64,000 bases of DNA. It comes from Vicugna vicugna (Eukaryota). Location of the stretch: NCBI GenBank assembly GCA_013265495.1, contig MU058206.1, forward strand, positions 622,001-686,000, given 5' to 3'. The notes under the pieces were generated by a model. That model was given only the letters and a program-made list of their open reading frames with translations, searched no databases and had not been told where the DNA came from. Positions 43,796 to 57,689 of the stretch are shown here, in pieces. A program made the position numbers and the translations under genes. Position 1 is the first letter of the stretch. The number at the start of each line of letters is the position of its first letter.

Positions 43796-43938
43796 GGGGG
43801 AGGGTATAGCTCAGTGGTAGAGTGCATGCTTAGCATGCGTGAAGTCCTGAGTTCAATCCCCAGTACTTCCACTTAAAATAAATAAATAAACCTAATTAAC
43901 CCCAGCAAGAAACAGACAGATTTTCACTAAAAAAAAAA
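43796..43938 (+). mobile_element. Vic-1 type SINE (first of a tandem pair)
   Basis: ggggagggtatagctcagtggtagagtgcatgcttagcatgc...gagttcaatccccagtac plus A tail. Confidence 0.9.
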
Positions 43939-43942
43939 GGTC

Positions 43943-44072
43943 GGGGACGGTATGGCTCAAGCAGTAGAGCCCATGCAGTAGCATGCCCCAGGTCCTGGGT
44001 TCAATCCTCAGTACCTTCTCTAAAGTAAATAAACTTAATTACCAACCCCCAACCAAAAAAAAAAAAAAAAAA
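43943..44072 (+). mobile_element. Vic-1 type SINE (second of the tandem pair)
   Basis: ggggacggtatggctcaagcagtagag...ggttcaatcctcagtacc plus poly-A tail. Confidence 0.88.
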
Positions 44073-45480
44073 GGCTTCGCTTTCAATTCTTTTTGGTATA
44101 TACCCACAAGTGGCATTCCTGGATCATACGATGATTCTATTTTTAGTTTTTTAAGGAACTGCCATACTGTTTTCCACAGCAGCTGTACCATTTTACATTT
44201 CTACCAACAGTGCACAAGAGTTGCAGTTTCTTCACATCCTTATCAACGCTTGTTTTCCATTTATTGGATAGTAGCCATCCTAATGGGAGTGAGCTATCTC
44301 ATTCTGGTTTTGATTTCCATTTTCCTAATGATTAGCAATGCTGGGCATATTTTCATGACTTTATTGGCCATTTGTGTATCTTCTTTGGAGAAATGTCTAC
44401 TTAAGAGCTTTGTCCATTTTTTAAAATCAGGTTTTTTGGGGTTTTTTTCCCCCTAAGTTTTTTACTTTTTTGTTGTTGAGTTTTAGTTTTGTAATATATA
44501 TTCTGGATATTAATCCCTTATCAGATGTATGATTTTAAAATATTTTCTCCCATTCAGTGGGTTGCCTTGGTACTCTATTAATTTGTCTTTTGATGCACAA
44601 AATTTTTAAGTTATCATGAAGTCCAATTTGTCTATTTTTCCTTTTATTGTTTATACCTTTAGTGTCATATCCAAGAAATCATTACCAAAGCCAACATCAT
44701 GAAGCTTTTGCCTTATGTTTTCTTCTCAGAGTTTTATAGTTTTAGGTCTTACATTTAGGACTTGGATCCATTTTGTGTTAATTTTTGTACATGATACTCG
44801 GTAATGGTCCAACTTCACTCTTTTGTATGTAATATCCAGTCTTCTCAGCATCATTTGTTGACTGTTCTTTCCTTCATTGAAGGGTCATGGTTCCCTTGTC
44901 AAAAATCATTTGACCATATATGTGAGGGTTTATTTCTAGACTCTCTATTATGTTCCGTGTCTGTCTTTATTCCAGCATTATACTGCTTTCATTACTGTAG
45001 ATTTGCAGTGAGTTTTGAAACCAGGAAGTGTGAGTCCTCCAGCTTTGTTTTTGTTTTTGTGGTTTTGTTTTGGCTATTTGGAATCCCTTGAGATTCCCTA
45101 TGCATCTTAGGATGGATTTTCTATTTCTGAACAAACAAACAAATAAGCATCATTGGGATTTTAATAGGGGTTACATCGAATCTGTAGATCAGTTTGGGTA
45201 GTATTGACATCTTAATGGTATTGTCTTCCAGTCCAAGAACACAGGATATGTTTCCATTTATTTGTGCCTTCTTTAATTTCTCTCAACAATGCTTTGTAGT
45301 TTTCATTGTACATGTCTTTCAGCTCCTTGGTTAACTTCTTTCCTAAGTATTTTAATCTTTTTGATACTATTGTAAATGGAATAGTTTTTGTAATTTCCTT
45401 TTCAAATTGTTCATTTCTAGTGTATAGAAGTGCAACTGATTTTTGTGTGTTGACTTTGTATGCTGCTAATTTGTTGAATT

Positions 45481-46051
45481 TGGAAACAAGCAGGACCCCG
45501 TGGGGCTCTCCTGGGTACAAAAGCCTTTCTGTGTCCCCGACTTCTTGTTTGAAGGAAAAAATTTCAGTCTCCTAGACCTTCCCTGAATTCCAAAGGTCAT
45601 ATCCAAACAGTTACTGATTAAGGGAGTGAGGGAATGCAGAAAGGAACAATGGTGTAGCCATGGGGCAGGGTCCTGAGTCCTCCTTAAGAAATATGCATAA
45701 CAATCTGATATACATCTCTACAGGAATTAAGGCCCCCACCCAGGTGGAGAATAGTAACTTCAGGCAAAGTATAAGCACAAGGACTGGCTGGAATCAGAAG
45801 GCAGATTCTTGGAATTCCACCCTGTTACCTCTGTCACCAACCAATCAGGGGATGGTCACATACCCTGCAGACCTCTCCCCAAATTTTGCCTATTAAATCT
45901 GTTCCCCCCAAACCACTGGGGGTCTTTTGAGCATGAGCCTCCCTATTCACCTTGCTTGGCCCTTGCAATACCTTTCTCTGCTCCAAACTTGGGTGTTTCC
46001 ATTTGTTTGGCTTCACTGTGCATTGGGCACATGAACTTGGGTTTAACAACA
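45481..46051 (+). mobile_element. ERV solo LTR (571 bp) inserted in L1
   Basis: TG...CA ends; 4-bp TSD AATT at 45477-45480 and 46052-46055; the L1 frame resumes on both sides. Confidence 0.85.
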
Positions 46052-47837
46052 AATTCATTTATTAGTTTTGACATTTTTTTGGTGGAATCTTTGGGGTTTT
46101 GTACCCATAACATCATAACATCTGTAAACAGAGATGATTTTACTTCTTCTTTTCCAGTTCAGGTGCCTTTTCTTTCTTTTTCTTGCTTAATTACTCTGGT
46201 TAGAACTTCCAGTACTATGTTGAATAGAAGGGGCAAAAGTGAGTATCCTTTTCTTGCTTCTGATCTTAGGGGAAAAGCTTATAGTCTTTCAGCATTTAAT
46301 GTGGTGTTCCCTGTGGGTTTTTAATGTATGGCTTTCCTTATGTTGAGGTTGTTTTCCTTCTATTCCTAGTTTGCTGAGTATTTTTTTTATCATGAAACAG
46401 TGTTGAATTTTGTCACATTCTTTTTCTGCATCAATAAACATGATCATGTGTCTTTTTCTCCTTCATTCTGTTAATACAGTGTGTTTCGCTGATCAATTTG
46501 TGTATGTTGAAGCATCCTTGCTTTCCAGGAATAAATCCCAGTTGACCAAAATGTATCATCTGTTTAATACACTGCTCGGTTAGGCTTGCTGTATTTTGCT
46601 AAGAATTTTTGCATCAACGTCCGTAAAAGGATTGATCTGTAGTTTTCTTATCGTTTCTTCGTCTGGCTTCGGCATCAGGATAATGCTGGCTTCATAGAAT
46701 GACTTAGTAAATGTTCCCTTTTCTTCAATTTTCTGGAAAATTTTGAGGATTGATATTAGTTCTCTTTAAATATTTGGCAGAATTCACCAGTGAAGCCACC
46801 AGGTCCATAGTTTTTCTTTGTTGTAAGAGTTTTGATGACTGATTCAGTCTCCTTATGAGTTATCGATATATTCAAATGTTCTGTTTCTCCATTATTTAGT
46901 CTTGGCAAGTTTTGTGTTAACTAGAAGGGGAGGAAGGAAAGCAACAACAATTGCTGTTCTCCTCTTTGAACCTCTAAGATCAGAAGCAGAAGTCAGCATT
47001 CAGCACAGATCCTTGATATTTAGAGGGCAGGCTCCCTTTTGCCCACTCTGGTTCCTGCAAACTGTGCAAGCTGCTCTAGGAACAGGTACACAGCTACCTA
47101 CAACTTGGTTGAGGATGGGGGATGGATATGTGCTACTGTGCTAAGAGCTGAAATTGACTGATTAACTGCAAGTTACTGTCTGAGCCTTCCTCTGGAAGTT
47201 GCAAGCCATTAATAGATTCCAGGGTTCCAAAACAGTTATATCAGACAGATTCTGCCAGTGCAATTGTTGTCTAGGTGAGGAGATACATTCCTGTTGCTTC
47301 CTACTCCATCATCTTCCCAGAATCCTTTTAGCAGGATTATATTTTAATAATATGCATTTGAGAATTCTCCGTTGTGTTAGCTGTGATTTGACCAGTAATT
47401 TATTTCAAAACTTGCTTTAGTTTCCTGCCAACATTTTCTCAGATCAAAGGATGTTAAGAACTTTGATCAGAGACTCAAGAAGACCTTTTTATGTTTTGAC
47501 ACAGCAAGAGCAGAACTTTCACCAACAATGAAATTCCAGACTTGTCATACTGCACATTTTTTCCACATGATCATTTTCTTGGAACTCTCTCCATCTGCTT
47601 CCCCTATAATGACAGTGGGACTGGAGAGCAGCCATTTTTCACAAAGTGGTTCTACCTCCGGCCACAGCTCAGGGGTGAGCACTGATCCAACCTGGACCCA
47701 TAAGAGCCCTTCCATAAGAATTTCGATTTTGGGGCTTAGCGAGTCTGTCTGTTATCTCTAGATTGCTGAATTATCAAAGCTGTTAGATGGAGAACCTAGT
47801 GCCCCTGAGGCCCATGTTAGCCACTATGTGAAGAAAC

Positions 47838-48355
47838 TATTCCTGAATGCAAGCTTCTACTGCTCACTGCATGACAGACCAATAAACTGAGAGATGGGTT
47901 GTTGGGGCAAAGAAAAGTGACTTTATTCAGAAAGCTAGCAGAGAGAGAAGATGGTGGTCTAGTGTCCCAAACAACCATCTTACGTGAGTTAGAACTCAGG
48001 CTCCTTGTATACTGAAAGGGGACTGGGTGTGGATCATTGTTGCAGACTTCTTGGCCTGGAATCCTTTGTTCTTTCAGCTGTCCACATAGGTCTAGTCACA
48101 ATCTTCCCATAAACTTCCAACAAGACAACTGTTATTTTCTGTCTGCAACTTTTTATCTCTATGTGAATGGGAAAGTGTTACACCTTTAAAGGTCAGAGCC
48201 TTGAGAATAGGCCATCATGTATATTTCAGGTTATGGGCAACTTTCTTTTACAAAAGGTGCAGAGCCAGCATGATTCAGCACAGGCAACAGAGCACAAGGG
48301 TTAGAACCAAAGGAACAGATCCAATATGGAGTCAGGTTTGTTCTTCTCTGTTACA
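47838..48355 (-). mobile_element. ERV solo LTR (518 bp) inserted in an older MLT1-like element (about 47600-48580)
   Basis: Minus strand starts TGTAACA; AATAAA on the minus strand (tttatt at about 47922); 4-bp TSD AAAC at 47834-47837 and 48356-48359. Confidence 0.8.
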
Positions 48356-50961
48356 AAACCTGGTTGAGTGAGAAAGAAAGAAGCCAATGTTCAGAGGGAA
48401 ATGGAGATAGGAGACAGAGATAGTCCTGATGGCCATCAGATACCTAGCTCCATTTGTTCCTGAGATCTAGCTGCCTTCCCATGGCCAAGCTATTCCACCC
48501 TTCTTTGGAAACCAGTAGGTATTCACCCCACATTTTGCTGGCTGGTGTGAGTTTCTTGTCACTTGCACCAAAGAGCCCTGAGTAGCCTGCTAGACCAGCT
48601 CCTTCATTTCACAGACAAAGAAACAGATTCTGAGAAGAACTCTGACTTCCCTAAGTCGGCCAGGTTAGTGAGTAGCTAACTGGAATTAAACCCTCAAGTC
48701 TCCTAATTGTAGCTCCCATGTGTGTCTGCACAGCTGCTGCAATTGTGGTGCCCTGTGTCATTTTCAACGCCTGGTGATTTCCAATGTCCTCAGTTGGAGA
48801 GAAATGCCTCCATCCCTCCCCCTATCACAAAACAAAGGGGAAAAGGTAAAAATATATCATCAAAACATAACTGGAGACCTGGGACCTGGGGGCGTTGGCA
48901 CAGGAAATTGAGAATGAGAGGAACAAAATCAGACTTGCTGGAGGTGAAAACTAAAATGACACCACACTATCTGTGGCTGAACTCACACAAGGAAGACTGG
49001 ATCAAGGGCAGTCTTCACCTCCTCTCAAAACGCTCACGCAGGATTCAGATTAAACTGAGATAACAGATCTCCTCCGAGGCAAAGATAAAGGAAGATCAGA
49101 GACCCACTCCAAGTGTTGACTGCCTGTGGGTCCCCAAGCCTTCCAAACTTCTGAGATCACCCTTACCTCTAATCTAAAATAGGATGGCATGAAGGGGGAG
49201 GCCCAGATGCCCCTTCTGCTGAGTTGCACGATTCCTCGCCAGCCCCCTGATCTTGCAGCTGACAATTTCCTCTTGTTCCCTCACCCGACCCTAGACACAA
49301 CCCTACATCCTGCCTCCCACGTGCCAAGCACAACTGACAAAGTTGTGTGTATGTGGCTTTCCCTGAAGGTTTGGGGTAACAGTGGGGTTACCCTGTTAAT
49401 AGGCCCTGACAGCTCTGAGAGAGTTTTGTTTCCCCCTGGGCCACATGCTATGTGAGGGTAACAGGCTGGTCACTGCTAAATGGATGACTCAGTAGCCTGA
49501 ATGGAAATGTGTAGCAAGATGATGTGTCTGTGGCCAAGCAAGAACTTGCCTTCACAGTGTTAGTTAGATCCCAGTGACCTGCCCTACTGAAAGCTGGCTT
49601 TACAACCCCAGGAGGCAATTATTCAGGAAAGAAGTGGCAATTATTCAGGAGACAAGTTGTTTGGTGAGACCCCATTAGAGCTACTAAGGACAAGGCAGAT
49701 CTGTACCCAGGACAGACAGAATCCCTTGGCCACCACTCCAGGAACCCAGCGGGATCCAAGAAGCCACAACGGCTGACACCTCCTTGCTCATCATCCCCTG
49801 GTACCCTCTGAGCCTCTCACAGTCAGTTGGTACTTCAGTGGCTTCCCAGGGCAGCAGGCAACTTCTAGGCAGCTCCCAACCCCACACTCTGCAGAATCTG
49901 TCCAGAGAGTCACATCTCACATGAGTACATGGTGTGTATCAGTCACCCCTGACCTCAATCCTAGAGCCCTCCCACCTAAGGAACACCTCACCTGGCCTCT
50001 CCCTAGGCCCTGCCTGGGCTGGGCTTCTCTTCCTCTCCTTGTGTTCCCAACAGAACCCCCAAACTCCAACCCACAGCCCCTCTGAAGATGATTTTAGCTC
50101 CTTCTATCCGAGACGTTCCATTCCTTGGCGGACTTGCCTTCCACAAGAAAACAGGTTCATCAAGGTGCTTTTCTAATCCAAAGAGTAATAATCATTTCTT
50201 TAAAGGCAATTCTGCCTGATTCTGGACCAACACGTGCAATTCAGAAACCCTAACAAAGATTTTTAAATAACGAAAGGTGCCCTCCCCTTGCATCTCCACA
50301 ACATCAATTGGGTCCATGTGTAGGGTCATTCTACTTCCCACACCCCAAACTGGGACATATATTCTGATAATTACACAGAATCTTTGAGATCAGAACAATC
50401 CTAGAAAGTCTAGGATGTACTGTCATCAAATCTGTTTTCCGTGTATCTACGACTCACACCCAGAATGGTAATAGATCTATTCCTTGACTCTCCTTTGCTG
50501 GGGAAACCTGAGGGATCCCAGAGTAGTCAGAGTCTCAGGCACAGGAGAACACCTTGGGGAGCCTTCAGAATCCCAGGAATGAGCCATGAGAATCAGCTGG
50601 GTTTAATTTCAGTGGTTCCTAGGGGTCCCTCAGAACTCCTCAGTGACAACTATCTGTTCCCAACAGTTTCCTCAGAGGAGGACTCCAGCTCAGTCTCTGT
50701 TTGGGGCCCCTTCCAATCCTGGCCATGGAAGGTAGGACACCCATCTGGCTCTGGCATCCTGCAGTGAGCAGGGGCAAAATGGCTGACTGGGGTTGGAGGC
50801 CTGTTTCTCACTCCTTCTAGAGCTAACCAAAATCAAGCCTGATGCTCTGCTGTTCTTCTTCGCTAAGATTTAAACATTTTACCTCCTTTTCAGAAAAGAG
50901 TCTTAAAGCGGAATTTCTGTACTCAGGATAGACTGTTTCCACAACTTCCTGTGGCTGGAAG

Positions 50962-51629
50962 GCAGGTTTGAAACATGAGGTCCAGGGACCCGCGATAGTT
51001 TCCTGGACAGAATTTAGGAAGACTGTGAACTGAAATGGGAAAAGGATTACATTTTGATTTTCACAAACCTCTCACTGAAAGTTGGCTTTTCCTTAATTAC
51101 GAAGGTAGGGGACAAGCCATGGCAATATCGGTACCTGTGGGTTTGTCACATTGAAACCACAGATGTTGTATGTTACCTCAAAGTCATTGCAAGAATCTTG
51201 AAATATCATTCACACCTGGAACTACCTTAAAATTAGGTTAGTTATTAGATTCACTATCTCATTACCTAGTATTTTTATTTTAAAAGCTCATATATTATTT
51301 TATTACAATTTTTCTGAATATTTTGATTATTGGTTTTTTTAGTGTTTGTTTAATGGGGGGAGGTAATTAGGTTTATTGATTTATTTATTTTTTAATGGAG
51401 GCACTGGGAATTGAACCCAGGACCTCATGCAGGCTAAGCATGCACTCGACTACTGAGCTATATCTTCCCCTCTGATTATTGCATTTTAATACAATTTATT
51501 TCCTTTGTTCCAATGCCTTTAATTTTATACATTTAATGTACATTTATGCACTATTCTGAGAAGGGGTCCATGGACTTCACCAGATTGCCAAAGGGGCCCA
51601 GGGCAAAAAACAAAAAATTAAGTCTCCCT
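50962..51629. mobile_element. hAT/Charlie-type DNA transposon relic
   Basis: Ends ctgagaaggggtccatggacttcaccagattgccaaagggg...ttaagtctccctg. Confidence 0.55.
51333..51471 (-). mobile_element. Vic-1 type SINE, antisense
   Basis: Reverse complement ggggaagatatagctcagtagtcgagtgcatgcttagcctgcatgaggtcctgggttcaattcccagt; TSD tgattattg at 51324-51332 and 51473-51481. Confidence 0.9.
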
Positions 51630-54289
51630 GAATTCTGGGGAGACAGTCCAGACATAAGCATATTTCTGGAAAAAAATTCTGCATTTTTTAGGCAGAGCGA
51701 AAGTTGTTTGTTTGGGAAGGGGCATCGGTTTATGCAACGATACCTCTGCATTATAATGAGGAAGGCCCCAGTGGTCCAGCAGTGACATCTACGGGGCAGT
51801 GACAAGCCTCTTTCCCTGTGCTTGCTACCCGTACTGCCCGCTCCATCGCACGTCCCTCAGTTTGCTCAGCCTGTGCTGTCACATCCCCATCATACGCCTT
51901 CTACATCTTGTCTGTCACTTGGTTTACGTGTGTCTACGTGTGCATTGCACGTCCCTTCAAGGCTTGTCACATTTGGTCCAGTGCCTGCCATGGTGGGTCA
52001 CATGTCCCCACCTTGTGTCAGCTGCATGTCCACATACGAATTTCACATGTTAGTTTCTTCGCCATTGGGTACTATTTCCCTCATAGGTCCAGCATGTGTT
52101 TGACATGTAGCTGTCTACCAGGGTAGTTCACATATTATTCACTCATTCATTTATTCATTCATTATTGAGGTCCTACTATGTGGTGGTCACTGTTTTAGAC
52201 TCGGTGGATACAACAATGAATAAACAAAAAAGCCCTGCCTTCATGGAGGCCAAACAATAAACACAACAATAACTTGATATTCAGTTTAAAATTATTATTA
52301 TTCAACATATCACAACAACATAGTAGTAAACACATAAATAGATCAATGGCATAATGCAAAGCCAGTTATATGGGGTGCCAGAAGTGATGAGCACCATGGG
52401 AAAAACAGGGCAAGGTGAGGGGGAGAGGGCTGAGGGGCAGAGTGGAGTAGTAGGGAGGCCAGGGTGCTCCTGGAAGAATCATCCGGGCAAAGACTTGGAG
52501 GCAATTAAGTGAGCTTTGCTGATATCAAGGAAACGTGTTAGAGGCAGAGGGAACAGCAGGTGCCAAAGCCCAGAGATCGGAGCACGTGTGGAGTGTTGGA
52601 GGAACGTTGAGGAGACCAGGGTGACTGCAGTGGAGGAAATCATCAGGAAACAACAGGACTGAACCAGTTTCTCAGTCTCAGTGACCTCACAGTTTCCCTG
52701 CTGCCGTCAGCCTTTGATGTAACTTAGTTCACATCCAGCCGTGACACAGACTGCACCTGAACAACTGTCATGGACAACACTGTGGGCTCGGGTCAATTTC
52801 CTACATTTTGATAGATTTAATCTCAAGGAAACAAAGCGACAAAACCCTTCTCTCTGCAAAGGTAGGTAGAAAATGAAAATGGGCCAGAAAATAAAGAAAG
52901 TTGTGTCACCCAAAGGAGGCAGAGGGATGTATGGGAAGGGTCTTGGCTCTGCCACTTAACAAGCCAAGGGACAGGGGTCACAGTGCTGGCCTCCCTGAAT
53001 CTGTTTCCACATATGTGAAATGGGGGGACAACCACCATGATTATCAGGCTAGGACGCAAAAATAATCCCCAGCTCTCAGCCGGAGCCTGGCGGTGCTCAG
53101 GCTGGCTAGCACGTGGCCGCGTCCTCCACATTCATTGCCCACGTGCAGCTCAGGTGCCAGGTAAAAGTTCTGCATGGTTTCTATTTTTAATCCTGAATTC
53201 TTCCACTTAGAATAATGCTTCAAATCTTTCTGGAACAAAAACCTGGAGCCCGAATCCTAAACAAATAAAGCACGTGAATTTGAACTGGCACAGTTCATCT
53301 TGTAATCTTTTGAAAGAACATGTACAAATAAATGCCCACTTGTCCCGCTTGGGTGCCTGGCCGCTGCCCTCTGGGACTCCTTTTCCTCTGCTGCCATCAC
53401 CTGGAAGGAAGAGGGACTGCAGGGACACAGAGACACAGACCAGCAGGGACTCTTTTTCCTTCCTGCTGGTGAGGAGACTCTGGGTGCGTACCCCACAGAG
53501 GCCAGCAACACATCTCACATGAAGAGGTGGGTATTATGGCTTGCAAAGCTGGCTTAGGGCCATTTCAGCAGTAAGCGAGGATTCAGCATCAAAGGACAGA
53601 GTCTTAACAATGACAGATCTAGTCCACCTCCTTCCTTAAAAAAGGAAACAAAGACCAGGTCAGTTATGTGTTTTTCCCAAGGCTGAACTACACCTTAGGA
53701 TAGTCAGGATTCAATCCCACAGCCCTGAGCTCTAAATTCAGGGTTGCTTTAGAGCCTGGCTACTCAAGAGTCTAGTCCTTGGGCCAGCTACCTCTTCTTA
53801 ACCCGAGAGCTTATTAGGAAAATACTGGATCTCAGGCCCCACCAGAAACCCGCTGAATAGGCTCAGCATTTTAACAGATCCTGCAGGCAACTGGCACGTG
53901 GTTCAGAGCATGTGAAACACTGAGTTTGAACACACTGCCTTCCAGCTCTCCTAGGAGGGTACATTAAGATGCTTTTGTTTCCCCAAATGGAAATCACAGC
54001 ATTGTTTTTACCTGCTTATAAAGGTTTTACATGCTCCTATAAAGAAACTCAGACAACACAGGAAAATTTAAAGCAGAAAGTAATAAACATTGTGGTATGT
54101 AAATATCCTTTTAAACATCTACCATGTGTGCACAAACACACACTTTAACAAAAATCAGATTATATTCTGCGTACTACTTGGTAGCCTCCGCCTTTTACCT
54201 AAAAAGTTTCTTAAGTATGATTTCTCTTTTGAGTAAGTAGTTGCTCAATGAATATTTGCTACATGAAAAGATTGATTAAAACAAGCCAT

Positions 54290-54480
54290 GAGTGTATTTG
54301 TTATCTATTGCTGCATTAAAAATTACCCCCAAACTTAGCAGTTTAAAATAACAAATATTTATTATCTCAAGAGTGTTTCCGAGGGTTGGGATCTGGGAGT
54401 GGCTCAGAGGGGCGACTCTGGCCCTGGTCTCTCGCAGCATCATCGTCAGGCTGTTGACGCGTCCAGTCATCTGAAAGTTG
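54290..54480. mobile_element. MLT1-like LTR fragment
   Basis: tgtatttgttatctattgctgcattaaaaattacccccaaacttagcagtttaaaataacaaatatttattatctca. Confidence 0.65.
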
Positions 54481-57384
54481 TGTCACCTCCCACCCCAAGC
54501 CCTCACTGTCTCTCACCTGACCTTGTACAATAGCCACACGTCCTATCAGTTCCCACATCTAGCCCTACCCGCCTCTCAACCATTCTTTGATTTACCAGCC
54601 AGAGTGAGCTTGGAAAAGGCAAATTCAACCTTGTGGCCCCTGCTTAAAATCCACCCATGGTTTCCCATGGCTCTTAGAATAAAGTATAAAAAATTAAACA
54701 AGAAAAGGACCACCAGGCCCGGGGTGGTGTGGCCCAGCCAACATCCCCACCCTATCGTCCTGGCCTTGTCCCTTTGCTTTCTGTGGTCCAGCCACACCAT
54801 CCCTCTCAGCCCCTCCTGTGTGCCTCGCTCTGCCCCTCTGGAGCTCTCCCAGGATGCGGATCCCTCTGACCGGCCTCCATCCAGGCCCTTTCACCACCAC
54901 ACCTCCAGGAGTGCAGTTCACACACAGACAACCTACTCAGCGGCTACTCCAGCCTCCAGTCCTTTACCCCAGTGCCCAGAGAATGCTCACCCTCAATAAA
55001 GACTTGTTGAACTTTCATATCTCTGATATCTTTTATGCTTTACACTAGTGGCAAATATTTCCCCCAGATTGTGATTCCCTCTAACTCTGCTTATTGTTTA
55101 TTTAACCTTCAGAAGTTTCACATTTTGATGTCGTCAAAACAGTCTTTGGGGATTTCTCTAGTGCTTTATGCACCAAAAAGTTTTGTAGTAGAGCAGGTGC
55201 CTCACCTAGGGTCCAGGTCTGAGGAATTCAGATGAGAAGGAACAGGACGCTGGCAACCTTGAACTGACCGTGGGCGCTGCACAGGTGGGCGAGGCCAGGT
55301 ACCAGCCAGCTCGGGGTTAGAATGTCCCGGGCGTGGCATTCCTGGCCTATCATTTTTCTACACTGCTCACCACCCCGTGACGGGTCGGGCCCGTATTAAC
55401 ACCCAGCACATGTCAGGGGAAAGCACGCCGGGGCCTACCATTTGCCGGGTGCTGTGTGATGCCCTGGGGAACTGAATTTTTAGGTAAGACTTAAGGGAGG
55501 GAGTAGTGGTTTACATGGTGCAGGCCCTGTGTGTGTGTGTGTATGTGCACGTGTGTGCACATATGAATGTGCCTGGCAGAGGGTTCAGGCAGAGGGAAAT
55601 AGTATCTCTAAAGAGCCCCAGGTGGGATATGTTCAGGTGGCCTTCTTAAATCCCCAGTGAGGCTGCAGTCACTGCTCCTTCATCTAAAACCCACCGATGG
55701 AACAAGGGGAGGGTGTTATGACCCAGATGTGTGGCCGTGTTCTTGAGGGTCTCAGCCCAACCTCAGCTCCCATGGAGGACAGGGCCGGCCAGCTCTGGTC
55801 CTGCCATGTTTCTCCACACCTGCCATGAGAGTTAAGGGTGAAACCATGAGTAAATCACAGCAGTGTCCCAGGTGAAGTCCTGTCCACAGGCGTCCTTGGC
55901 TCCCTGGCTGGCTGTCCCATCCTTGGCTGTGAGAAGGGGCAGACTTTAGACAAACACCTGTGAACTACAGCAGTTCTGGGGCAGGTGCAGCTCAGGGGTG
56001 CCCAGTGCACGGCCCAGCAAGGTGCCACTGGGAGGGGAGTCTCTCTGTGTCTTCTGGGGACAAGTCAGAATATAAGGGCGATACTATGACGCCCAGTGGT
56101 TGGCAGGAGCCAGCCCTCATGCTTGCACTTTCCTTACACAAACTTAAGTTGTAGGTGTGACTCACTCTCACCTTACAGATAAGAACCGGAGGCTCAGAGA
56201 GGTTCTGTGATTTGTCCAAGGTCACTCAGCTAAACTTGGGAGATCCAGGACCCAGTTTTGCCTGGCTCTAGAGCCTATAAGGGGACCTGGGATGGCCAGG
56301 AAGGTGTCCAAGGGCCAGGGGTGGGCATGCGCGAGGCAGCATTGTGACCTCGATGTCTGGTACCTGGGGGAGGAGACTGATGACAGGGACTTTGATTCCA
56401 AAAAGGAAGAGCTTTGTGGGGAGGCAGAGATGTGGCTCTGCAGACCTTTCTCATAAAAGTACCTCCTCAGCCCCATTGCAGGGCTAGAAGGAGGCTATTT
56501 TAGTAGCAGCAGAACTGTGTGGGCCCCAAATGAATGGCAAGCCATGTATGGACAAAACTGGGGAAATACCGAAATGGGGCTGTTAGAACCAAACGTGACA
56601 TGCAGGCAAGGTTGATGGGGTTTGGGCTGTGTGACAGCTGGCAGGAGACCATCTCCCAGGAGGACACAGGGCAAGGTGCCAATCCAGGCTGGGAGGAGTG
56701 GGGCGTGCTGACAAGGAACAGAGAGAGGCTGCCTCCCCTTGCAGCAGGAGCTCTGCCGCCTGCCTGGAGGAGGGGGCCCTGGAACGTGAATTGGAGACAA
56801 GTGGGGAGAAGAGTGAGGTGAAGCAACGCAGGTAGTGATTGCAATAAGCACCCCTGGACCCCCGAGCTGGTGAACTGAACAATTCCAGGAAGCGTTTGTG
56901 TGTGTTTATAAACGTCCTCCCCTCCAAGTTGGAATCAAGTCTTATTTGGCAAAGAATGTTGTCTCAGGGAAGGAGACTGACCGCCCAGAGGCGGGAACGC
57001 TGAGGTGAATTTGTTTGCCAGAGCTCCAGATTCGGCTTGTTTGTCCACGGCTCTGCTATTTTCCTAAGATAAGGGAGACCTGCATTCAAACCCCAGCTCT
57101 TCCGCTTGGCTGGGGGACCTGTAGCAAGTCACTTAACCCCTCCAGGCCTTCTTTTCCTCAAATGAAACATGGAGAACAAACACATGAGTACCTATCTCAG
57201 ACAGCTGTCACGGGATCGGATGAGGTAACGTGCATGAACGCCCTAGCTCAGTGCCCGGTGTGCAGCAAGGGTGGGGGGCGGGCGGCAGGCAGCTACTGCT
57301 AGCTATCATTAATAGTAACAAAGTGAGGACTCTCCTCTCACAGTCACGGGTCCCAAGCCCCCAGGGCAGAGAAACTCAACTCTA

Positions 57385-57689
57385 TTTTAGAAGGCAAACT
57401 GCCTTTATTTTGAAACCGGCTCTAGGAAACAGGCTGAGAAATGGCGGTATGTGTTTCTAGATTCCCTTCATCTTGATGCAGGCTGAACGACTACTGCTCA
57501 TACACATGGTCCATTCTGGGATCCGAATGTGTGTAGAAGGTGTCCTCCATCTACCTTGTGGGGAACACAGAGTTTTTGCGTTTGGGTAACAAGCCTACCA
57601 AGAGATACAGGAGGGCCTTCGCCCAAACTCGGTTTTACAAGGCAAACTGCATTCACCTTGAAAACGACTCTAGGAAATAGGCTTAGAAA
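57385..57689 (+). repeat. Pair of 57-bp direct repeats (57385-57441 and 57633-57689), 9 mismatches, about 190 bp apart
   Basis: TTTTAGAAGGCAAACTGCCTTTATTTTGAAACCGGCTCTAGGAAACAGGCTGAGAAA versus TTTTACAAGGCAAACTGCATTCACCTTGAAAACGACTCTAGGAAATAGGCTTAGAAA. Confidence 0.85.

Larger units (their letters stand above)
43275..46920 (-). mobile_element. ~3.6-kb degenerate L1 (ORF2 3' half), antisense, interrupted by two SINEs and an LTR
   Basis: Minus-strand translations [31 protein letters not shown]...[13 protein letters not shown] and CTPMFTAALFMRAKMWKQ are L1 ORF2. Confidence 0.92.

Noticed and set aside
43983..44456. 157-aa ORF and other ORFs in 0-9 kb and 41-47 kb
   Set aside because: Antisense or fragmentary readings of L1 and SINE sequence.
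49613..49651. Short direct repeat ggcaattattcagga x2 (similar ones at 35996-36025 and 42021-42041)
   Set aside because: Ordinary slippage micro-duplications.
51790..52125. Cys/His-rich ORFs and recurring gtcacat motifs
   Set aside because: Degenerate TG/CA-rich low complexity with no zinc-finger spacing.
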